A DNA stretch of 64,000 bases, taken from contig DWWB01000005.1 of NCBI GenBank assembly GCA_019119955.1, positions 52,240 through 116,239 on the forward strand, read 5' to 3'. The DNA is from Candidatus Enterocloster excrementigallinarum (lineage in GTDB: Bacteria; Bacillota; Clostridia; Lachnospirales; Lachnospiraceae). The translations under genes and the position numbers were made by a program. Each line of letters opens with the position of its first letter. The first letter of the stretch is position 1. Of the stretch, positions 48,117-58,652 are shown in pieces. A model generated the notes under the pieces. It was not told the DNA's origin. It saw nothing but the letters and a program-made list of their open reading frames with translations, and did no database searches.

Positions 48117-48354
48117 GATTGACTCCTCCTTCTTCGTTAAAACGATTATACTCTGATATTCGAGCATGTTATTTATAGCTTACCACTCATTCAGCAAAAC
48201 TGCAAGAATAAATCTTCTCGGTTTTCGCAGTCACAGTCTTCTGTTTTTCCCTCCTTCCGCCGCAATTTTGTCCGAAACTTATTCCTTACTTTGCTTACAT
48301 CTATAAGACGACCTGGATGCGGCATCGGTTTTATTTTTTTGAAATTTTTTCCTT

Positions 48355-48401
48355 AGGTATCCTAAGCTGCCCTTCGGCAGCCAGAATCCCTTTGCAGAAA
48401 C
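48355..48401. repeat. Imperfect direct repeat, copy B
   Basis: AGGTATCCTAAGCTGC-ccttcggca-GCCAGAA-t-CCCTTT-g-CAGAAAC. Confidence 0.8.
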
Positions 48402-48402
48402 T

Positions 48403-48447
48403 AAAAAAGCTGTGAAATAGGCAGTTACTGTCTGTTTCACAGCTTTT
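48403..48447. terminator. Terminator downstream of the response regulator
   Basis: AAAAAAGCTGTGAAATAG...CTGTTTCACAGCTTTT. Confidence 0.8.
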
Positions 48448-48452
48448 GAAGC

Positions 48453-49142
48453 TTATACTTTAAATCTGTACCCCACCCCCCAGATGGTCTCAATATACTG
48501 GGGCTTCGCGGTATTATACTCAATCTTCTCCCGAATCTTCTTAATATGGACTGTCACCGTGGCGATATCTCCAATGGACTCCATGTCCCAGATTTTGGAA
48601 AATAGTTCTTCCTTCGTAAACACATGGTTGGGATTCTGGGCCAGGAAGGTCAACAGGTCAAATTCCTTGGTAGTGAAAGTCTTCTCCTCTCCGTTGACCC
48701 ACACTCTTCGGGCTGTCTTATCAATCTTCAGTCCCCGAATCTCAATAATCTCGTTGGAAGGCTGGCCGCTTCCAATAAGCCGCTCATACCTTGCTAAATG
48801 CGCCTTTACCCGGGCCACCATCTCGCTGGGGCTAAAAGGCTTTGTAATGTAATCGTCCGCTCCAAGACCAAGCCCCCGGATCTTATCAATGTCTTCCTTT
48901 TTGGCGGAAATCATAATAATCGGTGTATTCTTTACTTCCCTAATTTTTTTGCATATCTCAAATCCATCCGTTCCAGGAAGCATCAAATCCAGGATAAACA
49001 AATCAAAGTCGCCCTTCAGAGCCTTTTCCAGTCCCTCGGTGCCGTCGTTCTCAATCTCCACCTCAAATCCGGAAAGCTCCAGATAATCCTTTTCCAGCTC
49101 CGCAATACTCTCTTCATCTTCCACGATCAGTATTTTACTCAT
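48453..49142 (-). CDS. OmpR/PhoB family response regulator
   Basis: KILIVEDE, FILDLMLPGTDG, GADDYITKPF, winged helix YIETIWGVGYRF. Confidence 0.95.
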   Translation of the reverse strand: MSKILIVEDEESIAELEKDYLELSGFEVEIENDGTEGLEKALKGDFDLFILDLMLPGTDGFEICKKIREVKNTPIIMISAKKEDIDKIRGLGLGADDYITKPFSPSEMVARVKAHLARYERLIGSGQPSNEIIEIRGLKIDKTARRVWVNGEEKTFTTKEFDLLTFLAQNPNHVFTKEELFSKIWDMESIGDIATVTVHIKKIREKIEYNTAKPQYIETIWGVGYRFKV

Positions 49143-50634
49143 CCTGTATAACCTCCTGATATTTTCTTAGGACAAAATGAATCTCCGTCCCGATGCCCTC
49201 CTTGCTGGTGGCCCAGATCCGTCCTCCATGGTCCTCAATAATCTTTCGTACGATGGAAAGCCCGATTCCGCTGCCCCCCTGGGAGGAATTGCGGGAAGAG
49301 TCCGTGCGGTAGAAACGGTCAAAGATATTTGGCAGATCCTTTGCCGCAATGCCCTTTCCGTTATCCTCGATTTCCACCTGGATAAAATCCCCCACATCTT
49401 TAATGCGAATGTTGATGATGCCCTTCTTCTTGTCCAGATATTTGACGGAATTGCTTATGATGTTGTTGATTACCCGCTTCATCTGCTCTGCATCCGCTAT
49501 AATCAGGACCTCTTCATCTACATAATTAAAATATCCCAGCTCAATTCCCCTGGCCTCCATATCCAAACCCACTTCCTCTATACAGTCCCGGAAATACTGG
49601 GCCACGTTAATCTTGGAATAGGTGTAGGGAATTCGATTGGTATCGATCTTAGAATAAAAGGTCAGCTCATCGATCAGGCGATCCATGTCATTGGCTTTAT
49701 TGTAAATGGTGCGAATGTATTTGTCCAGCTTTTCCGGTGAGGAAGCTACTCCGTCCAGAATCCCCTCCACATAGCCCTTAATGGCTGTAATGGGTGTCTT
49801 TAAGTCATGGGAAATGTTGCTGATTAACTCCTTGCTCTCCTTGTCATACTGGATTTTCTCCTCCGCGTTTTCCTTCAAACGCAGACGCATCTCCTCAAAA
49901 TCGCTGCAAAGCTGTCCGATTTCATCGTCCGCCTCCACGTCCAGGGTAAATTCCAGATTGCCGTCCCGTATCTTTTTGGTAGCTTCCTGAAGCTTATTTA
50001 AGGGGCCCAAAATCGACCGGTAGACCCAGATTACCAGAAGGATTCCCGCCGCCACCAGAATCGTGATTCCCACCAGCAGAAGCTCCTGGACCATGGATTT
50101 CACTTCCGGAATCAAATCATCTACATTGGATACAATGAACACGCTTCCCGGGATATCATCTGTAAAATTAAAGTCAATCTGCTTGATAAGATGCTGGCTT
50201 TCGCCGTCCAGATAGATGCCGCCCTCCAGATCTTCCCCTACCGCATTAAACTCCAAAAGCTGGCTGCACAGATCCTGGTCTACAACTCCGTTATCCCCGC
50301 CCCAGTAGATAATTCCGTTACCCTTGCGCACAATTAGGTAAGCGTAATGCTCCTTCAGCTGCGTATTCACCTGATCCAGGTAAGCCTTATCCTCATAGAG
50401 GTCCGGTGACGCTTCAATCTCCTCCCGGATATCCTGTTGTGCCCGGCTGGTCAGACGGTTAAATACCTGAAGAGAATTTCCGGAGAACAGATCAATCTGC
50501 TCCGTCAGACCGTATTCTTTCCGGAACGCCTGAGCCTGATAGGAGCTTAAGGCCATTACCGCAGCATAAAACAGCAGGAGCGGTACAATGGTGATGGTCA
50601 AAAAAGCCACCGCCAGACGTGTTTTCAGCTTCAT
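49135..50634 (-). CDS. HAMP-domain sensor histidine kinase
   Basis: Two TM segments, HAMP, ISHDLKTP H-box, NIISNSVKY, DNGKGI, GSGIGL; start set at ATG 50634 after AAAGGAG. Confidence 0.93.
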   Translation of the reverse strand: MKLKTRLAVAFLTITIVPLLLFYAAVMALSSYQAQAFRKEYGLTEQIDLFSGNSLQVFNRLTSRAQQDIREEIEASPDLYEDKAYLDQVNTQLKEHYAYLIVRKGNGIIYWGGDNGVVDQDLCSQLLEFNAVGEDLEGGIYLDGESQHLIKQIDFNFTDDIPGSVFIVSNVDDLIPEVKSMVQELLLVGITILVAAGILLVIWVYRSILGPLNKLQEATKKIRDGNLEFTLDVEADDEIGQLCSDFEEMRLRLKENAEEKIQYDKESKELISNISHDLKTPITAIKGYVEGILDGVASSPEKLDKYIRTIYNKANDMDRLIDELTFYSKIDTNRIPYTYSKINVAQYFRDCIEEVGLDMEARGIELGYFNYVDEEVLIIADAEQMKRVINNIISNSVKYLDKKKGIINIRIKDVGDFIQVEIEDNGKGIAAKDLPNIFDRFYRTDSSRNSSQGGSGIGLSIVRKIIEDHGGRIWATSKEGIGTEIHFVLRKYQEVIQDE

Positions 50635-50665
50635 ACAATACTTCTCCTTTACTGCCAATAAGAAA

Positions 50666-50767
50666 ATTATACCATGTCCATTAAACTCGTGGGGTAGCTC
50701 GTTAAATGGTCAGGTATAACTCGCACTAGGCTCGTGAAAGACCTTGCCCAGTGCTCATATTATACCA
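50666..50767 (-). promoter_or_regulatory. Two extended -10 elements with four phased (A/G)CGAG repeats upstream of the kinase
   Basis: TGGTATAAT at 50666-50674 and 50759-50767; CTCG(T/C) at 50686, 50698, 50720, 50731. Confidence 0.5.
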
Positions 50768-50800
50768 CATCTGATGCCGCATTGTTTATTAAACTATTAT

Positions 50801-50851
50801 AAAATGCAGGAAGCCAAAACAGACTCCTCTCTGCTTTGGCCTCCTGTATTT
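50801..50851 (-). terminator. glyQS terminator
   Basis: Minus strand ATACAGGAGGCCAAA...TTTGGCTTCCTGCATTTT. Confidence 0.75.
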
Positions 50852-50867
50852 AAACCAAGTATTAATT

Positions 50868-52256
50868 TTAGAACATAAACTTATCCTCAAAATAACTCTT
50901 TAATTCCGCAATCGGCACCCTCACCTGCTCCATGGTGTCGCGGTCGCGGACGGTCACGGCGTGGTCCTCCTCAGAGTCGAAATCGTAGGTAATGCAGAAG
51001 GGAGTTCCGATTTCATCCTGTCTTCTGTACCGCTTTCCGATATTTCCTCTGTCATCGAACTCGCAGTTGTAGTACTTGCACAGCTGGGCGTAAATCTTCT
51101 CCGCGCCCTCGTTCAGCTTCTTAGAAAGGGGCAGGATTCCGATTTTCACCGGAGCGATGGCGGGATGGAAATGAAGCACCGTACGGGTATCTCCATCGGG
51201 CAGGGTCTCCTCATCGTAAGCGGAGCAGAGGAATGCCAGGGTTACCCGGTCCGCGCCCAGTGAGGGCTCGATGACGTAGGGGATATACTTCTCCTTGGCC
51301 TCATCGTCAAAATAGCTCATGTCCTGGCCGGACACGTTCTGATGCTGGGTCAGGTCGTAATCGGTCCGGTCCGCGATTCCCCAGAGCTCGCCCCAGCCGA
51401 AGGGGAAGAGGAACTCGATGTCCGTGGTAGCCTTGCTGTAGAAGCACAGCTCCTCCGGAGAGTGGTCTCTGGCCCGCATCTCATCATCCTTGATTCCCAA
51501 GCTCTTTAACCAGTTAATGCAGAACTCCTTCCAGTAAGCAAACCACTCCAAATCCGTGCCGGGCTTGCAGAAAAACTCCAGCTCCATCTGCTCAAACTCT
51601 CTGGTACGGAAAGTGAAGTTTCCGGGAGTAATCTCATTTCGGAAAGATTTTCCGATCTGACCGATTCCAAAAGGAACTTTCTTTCTGGAGGTTCTCTGAA
51701 CATTTTTAAAGTTGACAAAAATACCCTGGGCGGTCTCGGGACGCAGGTACACCGTATTCTTAGCGTCCTCCGTTACGCCCTGGAAAGTTTTGAACATCAG
51801 GTTAAACTGACGGATATCCGTAAAATCATGGGCTCCGCAGCTGGGGCAGCAGATGTGGTGGTCTTCAATGTACTGCTTCATCTGTTCCTGGCTCCAGCCG
51901 TCTACGGAGCCTTCCAGGGTAATGCCATGCTCTTCATTGTAGTCCTCAATCAGCTTATCGGCGCGGAAACGCTCCTTACACTGTTTGCAGTCCATCAGGG
52001 GGTCAGAAAATCCGCCCAGATGTCCGCTGGCTACCCAGGTCTGAGAATTCATCAAAATGGCGCAGTCCACACCTACGTTGTAGGGACTCTCGGTGATAAA
52101 CTTGCTCCACCAGGCCTTCTTCACATTGTTCTTCAGCTCCACGCCCAGATTTCCGTAATCCCAGGTATTGGCAAGTCCGCCGTAAATCTCAGACCCCGGG
52201 TACACAAAGCCTCTTGTCTTGGCAAGAGCCACGATTTTTTCCATTGTCTTTTCCAT
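50868..52256 (-). CDS. glyQS: Glycine--tRNA ligase, homodimeric alpha2 type
   Basis: [63 protein letters not shown]. Confidence 0.96.
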   Translation of the reverse strand: MEKTMEKIVALAKTRGFVYPGSEIYGGLANTWDYGNLGVELKNNVKKAWWSKFITESPYNVGVDCAILMNSQTWVASGHLGGFSDPLMDCKQCKERFRADKLIEDYNEEHGITLEGSVDGWSQEQMKQYIEDHHICCPSCGAHDFTDIRQFNLMFKTFQGVTEDAKNTVYLRPETAQGIFVNFKNVQRTSRKKVPFGIGQIGKSFRNEITPGNFTFRTREFEQMELEFFCKPGTDLEWFAYWKEFCINWLKSLGIKDDEMRARDHSPEELCFYSKATTDIEFLFPFGWGELWGIADRTDYDLTQHQNVSGQDMSYFDDEAKEKYIPYVIEPSLGADRVTLAFLCSAYDEETLPDGDTRTVLHFHPAIAPVKIGILPLSKKLNEGAEKIYAQLCKYYNCEFDDRGNIGKRYRRQDEIGTPFCITYDFDSEEDHAVTVRDRDTMEQVRVPIAELKSYFEDKFMF

Positions 52257-52282
52257 CGCTTTTTCCTCTCTCTCTTTTCCTT

Positions 52283-52933
52283 CTACTGGAAAATAATATA
52301 GCTGACCCCATCCTCGGGAGTCTGTACCACCGATTCTCCATCCAGGGTACAGCCCTCAGTGGTGTAAAGAATCTTTCCTTCGGTCTGAATCCGGCCGGCG
52401 CCTTCAACCCGCACGGCTCTGTTGTCGCCCTTCTCGGTAACTTTGGACAGATCCGCGCTGCTTCCCTTGGCATCCGTGAAAACCGCCTGGGAGAAATCCC
52501 CCTCCTGCGCCATAGCCGACACAGTATCCGTTGTCAGATCGGCAAAGGCAATTTCCGGATTTCGGATGGCCTGATTAAACGCCATCAGCGTCTCCGGGGA
52601 ATCGTAGTTCAGAATGCATTTTAAAATCTGTCCTCCTTCTCCCTCTTCCACCGTACAGGAAGATACGCTGATGGGAGCTGACTCCTGAGCGTCCTGCCCG
52701 GCCTTAAACTCCTCCACCCGTTCGCTTACAAAGACTTCCAGGTCCTCCTGGGAGTAATAATTCTGTTCCGTCTGCTCCACAGAAGCACTGCTGACGGAAC
52801 CATCCTTCTTAATATAGATGCTGCTCTGGTCCGGATCAAATCCTGACAACGCTGCCCTTCCGGAGCACCCGCAGATCAGAAGGCCGCCAAAAGCAGCCAG
52901 AAGAAACGCTCTCGCCGGCATTCCTATTCTCAT
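52283..52933 (-). CDS. Hypothetical lipoprotein
   Basis: [34 protein letters not shown] lipobox-like signal; the track ORF's upstream extension overlaps recO. Confidence 0.65.
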   Translation of the reverse strand: MRIGMPARAFLLAAFGGLLICGCSGRAALSGFDPDQSSIYIKKDGSVSSASVEQTEQNYYSQEDLEVFVSERVEEFKAGQDAQESAPISVSSCTVEEGEGGQILKCILNYDSPETLMAFNQAIRNPEIAFADLTTDTVSAMAQEGDFSQAVFTDAKGSSADLSKVTEKGDNRAVRVEGAGRIQTEGKILYTTEGCTLDGESVVQTPEDGVSYIIFQ

Positions 52934-53118
52934 ACTCTTTTCCTTCCTCGCTCTCCAGGATATTGTGATGAAGGCGTCAAAAGGTATTTTTCGCGTCCCA
53001 GTGTTATACTTGCCCGCCTGGCCTTTTGACACTTGTATCATATTATATCCGCTGACCGCCATAATTTCAAGCCTTCCCGCGCAAGTTGCCTTTACTTCTT
53101 TGACGCCTGTCCACAATT

Positions 53119-53769
53119 CTAACCGGTCAGCGTCTCCAGAATCTCCAGAGATTTGCACTGGCGGGGCAGGAACCGTTTCCGTGCCCGATCTACGCAGCGG
53201 GCAAACTCCTGCTCCACGGGCTCCTTCAGCACAAACCGGTACAGCTCCTCTACCGGTGTGCAGACCACATACTCCCAGGCGTAGGCGCAGGAGTCGGAAA
53301 CCTTCTCCTCCGGCAGCTGGGTATATTCCCCGCCGATGACCATGGTCTTCAGCTCGAAAATCCTTCGCACCAGGGAATTGGGAATAGCAGGCTTTAACAG
53401 CGCCCGCAAAGACTGATACACCAGTTTTAACAGCTCCGTCGCGTCCTCATTTTCTCCGGAACACAGTCCCGCCAATTCCAAAAAATAGGAGCCATAGCAG
53501 GCTCCTTCAATGTCCGCCGACAGTTCCTCGAAATAATTGATGACCTGGGCCGACTGAAGATTATAGGCAGAACGGCCTTCGTAAAGGGTAAACCTGCCGA
53601 ACACAAAGGTTCTGGAGCAGGCCATCAGTGAGCTGCCCTGTCGTCTGGCGCCGTGGGCGAAGGCGGTAATCTTTCCCCGTTCTGTGGTCAAAAGCACCAG
53701 CCGCCGGTCATAGTCGCCGGAAGGGGCAGCGGTCAGGACCATCCCCAACAGCGTGATTGATTCCCTCAT
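53119..53769 (-). CDS. recO: DNA repair protein RecO
   Basis: GMVL....GDYDRRLVLLTTERGKITAFAHGARR; follows era; GGAGAGGGG RBS. Confidence 0.9.
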   Translation of the reverse strand: MRESITLLGMVLTAAPSGDYDRRLVLLTTERGKITAFAHGARRQGSSLMACSRTFVFGRFTLYEGRSAYNLQSAQVINYFEELSADIEGACYGSYFLELAGLCSGENEDATELLKLVYQSLRALLKPAIPNSLVRRIFELKTMVIGGEYTQLPEEKVSDSCAYAWEYVVCTPVEELYRFVLKEPVEQEFARCVDRARKRFLPRQCKSLEILETLTG

Positions 53770-53873
53770 CTGCCCCTCTCCTTTCTTATTTTTCGTTGCA
53801 CATCGCTCTTGTTTGTTGTAATTACAACGCAATTGTTCAATTTCAGACAAACCAGGCAATCCCGCCGCACTCT

Positions 53874-54785
53874 CTAAACATCCTTCGCATCATAGCCGTA
53901 ATTTTTCATATACAGCTCGCTGTCCCGCCACTCCCTGCGGACCTTCACCCACAGCTGCAGGTTCACTCTCATCTCCAGCATCTGCTCAATTTCCCGGCGA
54001 GCCTCGGTGCCGATTTTTTTCAGCATGCCCCCGCCCTTTCCGATGATGATTCCCTTGTGGGATTCCTTTTCGCAGATGATGCTGGCCTCGATATCCATGA
54101 TGCCGCCCTTCCGCTCCTTCATCTTCTCGATGGTCACGGCAATCCCGTGGGGAATCTCATCGTCCAGCAGGCGCAGGGCCTTCTCCCGGATCAGCTCCGC
54201 CGCAATCTGGCGCATGGGCTGGTCCGTCACCGTGTCCTCATCGTAAAACTGAGGACCGTAGGGCAGGTATTTGAAAATCAGCTCCAGCAAAAGGTCCGTA
54301 TTCCGGTCCTTGAGAGCCGACAGGGGAACAATCTCCGCAAAAGGACAGATATCCTTATAAGCATCGATAAAAGTCAGAATTTCCTCCTGCTTCTTCACCT
54401 GGTCAATCTTATTGATGACCAGAATCACAGGCGTTTTAACCCCGGAAAGCTGCTCGGCAATATGGCGCTCTCCCGCCCCGATGAAGGTGGAGGGTTCCAC
54501 CAGCCATAAAACCAGGTCCACTTCCTTTAAGGTATGCTCCGCCACATTGACCATGTATTCTCCCAATTTATTCTTGGCCTTATGGATTCCCGGAGTGTCC
54601 AGGAAAATAATCTGCCCCCGCTCATCGGTATAAACCGTCTGAATCCGGTTTCGGGTAGTCTGAGGCTTGTTGGAAGTAATGGCAATCTTCTGGCCAATGA
54701 GATGGTTCATCAAGGTAGACTTGCCCACATTGGGCCGTCCCACCAGAGTTACAAAACCTGATTTTTTCTGTGTATTTTCTTCCAT
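53874..54785 (-). CDS. era: GTPase Era
   Basis: KSGFVTLVGRPNVGKSTL, KPQTTR, DTPG, NKID, C-terminal KH domain. Confidence 0.97.
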   Translation of the reverse strand: MEENTQKKSGFVTLVGRPNVGKSTLMNHLIGQKIAITSNKPQTTRNRIQTVYTDERGQIIFLDTPGIHKAKNKLGEYMVNVAEHTLKEVDLVLWLVEPSTFIGAGERHIAEQLSGVKTPVILVINKIDQVKKQEEILTFIDAYKDICPFAEIVPLSALKDRNTDLLLELIFKYLPYGPQFYDEDTVTDQPMRQIAAELIREKALRLLDDEIPHGIAVTIEKMKERKGGIMDIEASIICEKESHKGIIIGKGGGMLKKIGTEARREIEQMLEMRVNLQLWVKVRREWRDSELYMKNYGYDAKDV

Positions 54786-54803
54786 TCTTCTCTCCGTTCC
54801 TCT

Positions 54804-57758
54804 TTAGTGGTACAGGTTCAGGGTGGTCTTAAACAGCTTCTCATCCTCCGTAATCTTCCGGTCATTTCCAATAGCGCAGAGAGCTCCCGTATCCAGAAGC
54901 GCCTGGATCATGGGCGCCAGAGCCCGGATGTCCTCCTGCCTGGCTTCCAGGATTTCCTTCCGCTCCTCTCTCAGCATCTGGGGCGTCACCCCTGAAAGAT
55001 AGGCGGACATGGACCGGCTCCCTTTCACCGAGGGCGTCAGCGGCGCATCCAGGTCGCTGATGGCGCCGATCACATATCTGGTCATATCCCGGTCATCGAT
55101 GGAAAATTTCTCCAAGTACTCCGGAATTCCCTCATAAACCTCATTGGTGGCTCCCAGATTGGGGTCCCGGTAGGATACCAGATACCCTTCCCCGGAGCGG
55201 CCGAATCCGCTCATGCAGCCGTAGGCTCCGCCCTTCACCCGCAGGTTGGTCCACAGATATTCGTAATTCAGAATCACCTTCAGCACCTTCAAGGCCCCGG
55301 TATAGGTCAGGCCCTTTTCCCGGAAACTGCCGCAGCGGGCCACGTAATTCACCTGGGAGGAAGTCCGAAAGCCCTCGTTCCGGTTTCCCATCTGAGGCTG
55401 GAAAGGATAGTTTTGTCCGTTTCCTTCCGGAAGACTCTTCACAAAGCCCTCCAGCAGGCCCGGCAGAAGGCCGTAGCCTTTTTCGTCAGCCGTATATCCC
55501 ACCAGAAGGTTGTCCCTGGTAAAGAGTCTGGCCGCCGTGCGTTTCAGATGTCCCGTCAGTTCCTTCCGGTAAGCCGGGTCTTTCCCGTAGCGGTCCGCCG
55601 CTTGTTCCAGAAAATGGTAATAAGCAATGCCTCCGGTCATGTCGTTGAAGGCTGAGGTGGGCGAGAAGTAGGAAGTAGCCCTTGCCACCGCCGCGCTGTG
55701 GGAACCGCTCTCCAACTTCATTCTGGCCCGGGATCTGGTTTCATCCAGAATCTCGCCAATCCGCTTTTCATCATCCAGATGAGAACCTGTGAAAATCTCC
55801 CTCATCAGTTCAAAGGGGAAATCCAGCTTCTCATAAAGCACCTTCGCGTTTACCACAAAGGCGCCGTAAAACTCCTTGGGATTCTCCAGGTCAATATAGG
55901 AGGTAACGGAGAAATCCATGCCGCCGCTGTTTAAGTAGATTTCGCTGGCCAGGTCCTGATAGCTGTGCGCATCCGTATCCACATACCCCATAACGGATTT
56001 CAGAAGACCCACATAGGGCAGGTCCTCCTGGGGCACGCGGTCCGTCCGAAACAGCACCTTCAGATAGCCGATTCCGGAGGTAAACAGATTGGTATGGATC
56101 ACGGTCACCCCGTTTTCATTCTTTACCTGGTATTCCGGTATATCTCCCTCGCTGGCAATGTCTTCCCTGGCAAGCATAGGAATCTTTTCCAAATCCTCCT
56201 GGGCGGAAGGCTCCTCTTGATAAGCCTTCAGCTCTTTTGTTTCTCTTACCAGCGCCTCCACCTGGGCCGCGGACAGGGAGGCCTTGTAATCTGCCAGCTG
56301 CTCAGCCAGAGCCGCTTCCTCCCGGGCCGTCTGGTCCACCGACGGGCTCACAATGATGACCGCCTCGTGGGGATTGTCCAGCAGGTAATCCAGAATCAGC
56401 CGCTCAAAATAACGCCCTTTCACAGCCTCCTTTAAAAAATCAAAGGTTTTCTGATATTCCAGATGCATAAAGGGATCGCCGTCGTACAGCCAGCTGTCCA
56501 TACACCAGAGCCCGTAAATCAGTCCTTTGGGAGCTGAGCCATAGTCCGCCTCCCGATAGCGGAACTCATAGTAATTCAGTCCGGCCAGAAGGCTCTTCTT
56601 GTCAATTCCCTGATCCGCCAGGCGCCGCAGGGTTCCCTTCACCGCCATGAGAAATTCGCCCTTCTGCTGACGGTCCGCGTTCTTGGCAATGACGGAAAAG
56701 TAGGGCTGGAAAATACCGCTCTCATAGCCTCCAAAGATATCCTCCCCCAGTCCCGCATCCACCAGGGCCTGCTTTAAGGGAGCGCCCGGGGCGTCAATGA
56801 GGGCGTATTCCAAAATCTGAAAGGCCACATAAAGAACCGGGTCCAAATCTGTCCCCACCACCGTATTTAAGGAGAGATAGGTCCGCTTTTCGCAGCCTTC
56901 CTCCTTCGTCACCGAGTAGGTAATCTCCTGTTCCACCGGCTTCTCAAAGGCTTTCTGCATCTGAATCCGGGAATCCGCCTTCCAGTCCTGACGGTCGTAG
57001 GCGGACAGGTACTCTTTATCCAGCCAGGTCAATTTTTCCGCCATGTCCATATCTCCGTAGAGATAGATGTAGCTGTTGGCCGGATGATAGTAATTCCGGT
57101 GAAATGCCACAAACTGCTCATAAGTCAAATCGGGAATCCGGGCCGGGTCCCCGCCGGACTCAAAGCCATAGCAGGTATCCGGGAACAGAACCGCCCTGGT
57201 ATAGCGGTCCAGAACGCTTTCCGGAGAGGAAAACGCTCCCTTCATCTCGTTGTAAACCACTCCGTTGATGGTCAGCTCATCCTCCGGGCCTTCCAGCTCA
57301 TAGTGCCATCCCTCCTGGAGAAAGATTTTGGGCTCCCGGTAGATGCTTGGATGGAAAACGCCGTCCAGATATACATCCATGAGATTCTGAAAATCCTTGT
57401 CATTGCAGCTGGCAACGGGATAAACCGTCTTATCCGGGTAGGTCATGGCGTTTAAAAAGGTATTCAAGGACCCTTTCACCAGTTCCACAAAGGGGTCCTT
57501 CACCGGGAATTTCTCCGAGCCCTCCAGAACACTGTGTTCCAGAATATGAGGAAGGCCGGTGCTGTCCGCCGGAGGGGTGCGAAAACCGATATTAAATACC
57601 TTATTTTCGTCCTCATTGGCCAGAAGGAACAATCTGGCGCCGCTTTTTTTGTGTTCCAGAATCATTCCCCGTGAATTCAGCTCCTTTAAGTCCGCCTCCT
57701 TCACCACCTGATACTGAGGCAATCTCTTAACCTGTTCCAAATTACTGCGCTCTGACAT
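54804..57758 (-). CDS. M16C (insulinase/PreP-like) metallopeptidase
   Basis: PHILEHSVL inverted zinc motif, FLNAMTYPDKT.YP, GVVYNEMKG, LRVKGGAYG, SYRDPNL. Confidence 0.9.
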   Translation of the reverse strand: MSERSNLEQVKRLPQYQVVKEADLKELNSRGMILEHKKSGARLFLLANEDENKVFNIGFRTPPADSTGLPHILEHSVLEGSEKFPVKDPFVELVKGSLNTFLNAMTYPDKTVYPVASCNDKDFQNLMDVYLDGVFHPSIYREPKIFLQEGWHYELEGPEDELTINGVVYNEMKGAFSSPESVLDRYTRAVLFPDTCYGFESGGDPARIPDLTYEQFVAFHRNYYHPANSYIYLYGDMDMAEKLTWLDKEYLSAYDRQDWKADSRIQMQKAFEKPVEQEITYSVTKEEGCEKRTYLSLNTVVGTDLDPVLYVAFQILEYALIDAPGAPLKQALVDAGLGEDIFGGYESGIFQPYFSVIAKNADRQQKGEFLMAVKGTLRRLADQGIDKKSLLAGLNYYEFRYREADYGSAPKGLIYGLWCMDSWLYDGDPFMHLEYQKTFDFLKEAVKGRYFERLILDYLLDNPHEAVIIVSPSVDQTAREEAALAEQLADYKASLSAAQVEALVRETKELKAYQEEPSAQEDLEKIPMLAREDIASEGDIPEYQVKNENGVTVIHTNLFTSGIGYLKVLFRTDRVPQEDLPYVGLLKSVMGYVDTDAHSYQDLASEIYLNSGGMDFSVTSYIDLENPKEFYGAFVVNAKVLYEKLDFPFELMREIFTGSHLDDEKRIGEILDETRSRARMKLESGSHSAAVARATSYFSPTSAFNDMTGGIAYYHFLEQAADRYGKDPAYRKELTGHLKRTAARLFTRDNLLVGYTADEKGYGLLPGLLEGFVKSLPEGNGQNYPFQPQMGNRNEGFRTSSQVNYVARCGSFREKGLTYTGALKVLKVILNYEYLWTNLRVKGGAYGCMSGFGRSGEGYLVSYRDPNLGATNEVYEGIPEYLEKFSIDDRDMTRYVIGAISDLDAPLTPSVKGSRSMSAYLSGVTPQMLREERKEILEARQEDIRALAPMIQALLDTGALCAIGNDRKITEDEKLFKTTLNLYH

Positions 57759-57775
57759 ATCTGCATATTCTCCTT

Positions 57776-58603
57776 CTACATATTCCCCATCAGCCGGTCC
57801 TTCAAAATGGAGGCGCACTCCCGGACGCACATATGGACAAACAGCACCCGGTCGGACCGGGCGGCAATGCCGTACACATTCTCCATTCCCCAGTGGCGGG
57901 CAATCATCACAGCCCGGAACACATGGAAGTTGCTGGTAAGCACGCCAATTTCCAGAGGTTTATCCTCCACCATCTGCGCCCCTTCAGGCCCCATATTCCT
58001 GGGAGGCCTGACCGGCACTGGCTTCTCAGCCGCGCGGTGCCGCTCAATCACCACCTTGCTGAAAGCAATATTTTCCACTGTACTGGTGGAACGTTCCTCC
58101 AGCAAAAGCCGGTCCGGATTCACCCCATTATACACCAAATACCGGTACATAGCCTCCGCCTCGCTGATAGGCTCGTCCTTTCCTTTTCCTCCGGACAACA
58201 CCAGTATAGTGTCCGGATTTTTCTCCGAATATTCGATGGCCTTATCCAGCCGCTTTTTCAGAGAGTCGCTGACTGCGTGCTCCTTCACCCTAGCTCCCAG
58301 TACAATCACATAATCCATCCCCTCCGGATCCTTTCCTGCCACACCGGAAAACACTAGGATGCACACCACCACGAAAATCACCAGGCCGGCAATGCAGGTG
58401 GTCACCACGGATACGGGAACCCATCTGGGAATCCGGTCTATATTTCTGGCGTAGTACCATCTGCCATAGGACAGAAACAGGAACAGGGCGCAGAAAAATA
58501 GCCAGATAAAGGAAAATGAAGTTCCTATTCCGGAATAAATGGAAATAACAAGAAAGTAAGCCGCGCTTAAAACGGACAGCACAATCAAAATTCCATCAAT
58601 CAT
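57776..58603 (-). CDS. YdcF/SanA (DUF218) family membrane protein
   Basis: VIVLGA, RLDKA, LSGGKG..E..SEAEAM, EERSTSTVEN, TSNFHVFRA. Confidence 0.88.
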   Translation of the reverse strand: MIDGILIVLSVLSAAYFLVISIYSGIGTSFSFIWLFFCALFLFLSYGRWYYARNIDRIPRWVPVSVVTTCIAGLVIFVVVCILVFSGVAGKDPEGMDYVIVLGARVKEHAVSDSLKKRLDKAIEYSEKNPDTILVLSGGKGKDEPISEAEAMYRYLVYNGVNPDRLLLEERSTSTVENIAFSKVVIERHRAAEKPVPVRPPRNMGPEGAQMVEDKPLEIGVLTSNFHVFRAVMIARHWGMENVYGIAARSDRVLFVHMCVRECASILKDRLMGNM

Positions 58604-58652
58604 TTGGAGTCACCTCCTGTCATCGGACGTATGGCGGTCTGCCGGCTGCGGG

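Noticed and set aside
44801-48401. The 48-bp repeat as a c-di-GMP-I riboswitch (CCTAAG...GCAGCCAG resembles its P2)
   Set aside because: No upstream GGCAAA...GAAA...GACGCAAA P1 element.
52256-52283. T-box leader for glyQS
   Set aside because: Only 26 bp separate glyQS from the upstream gene; no T-box consensus.
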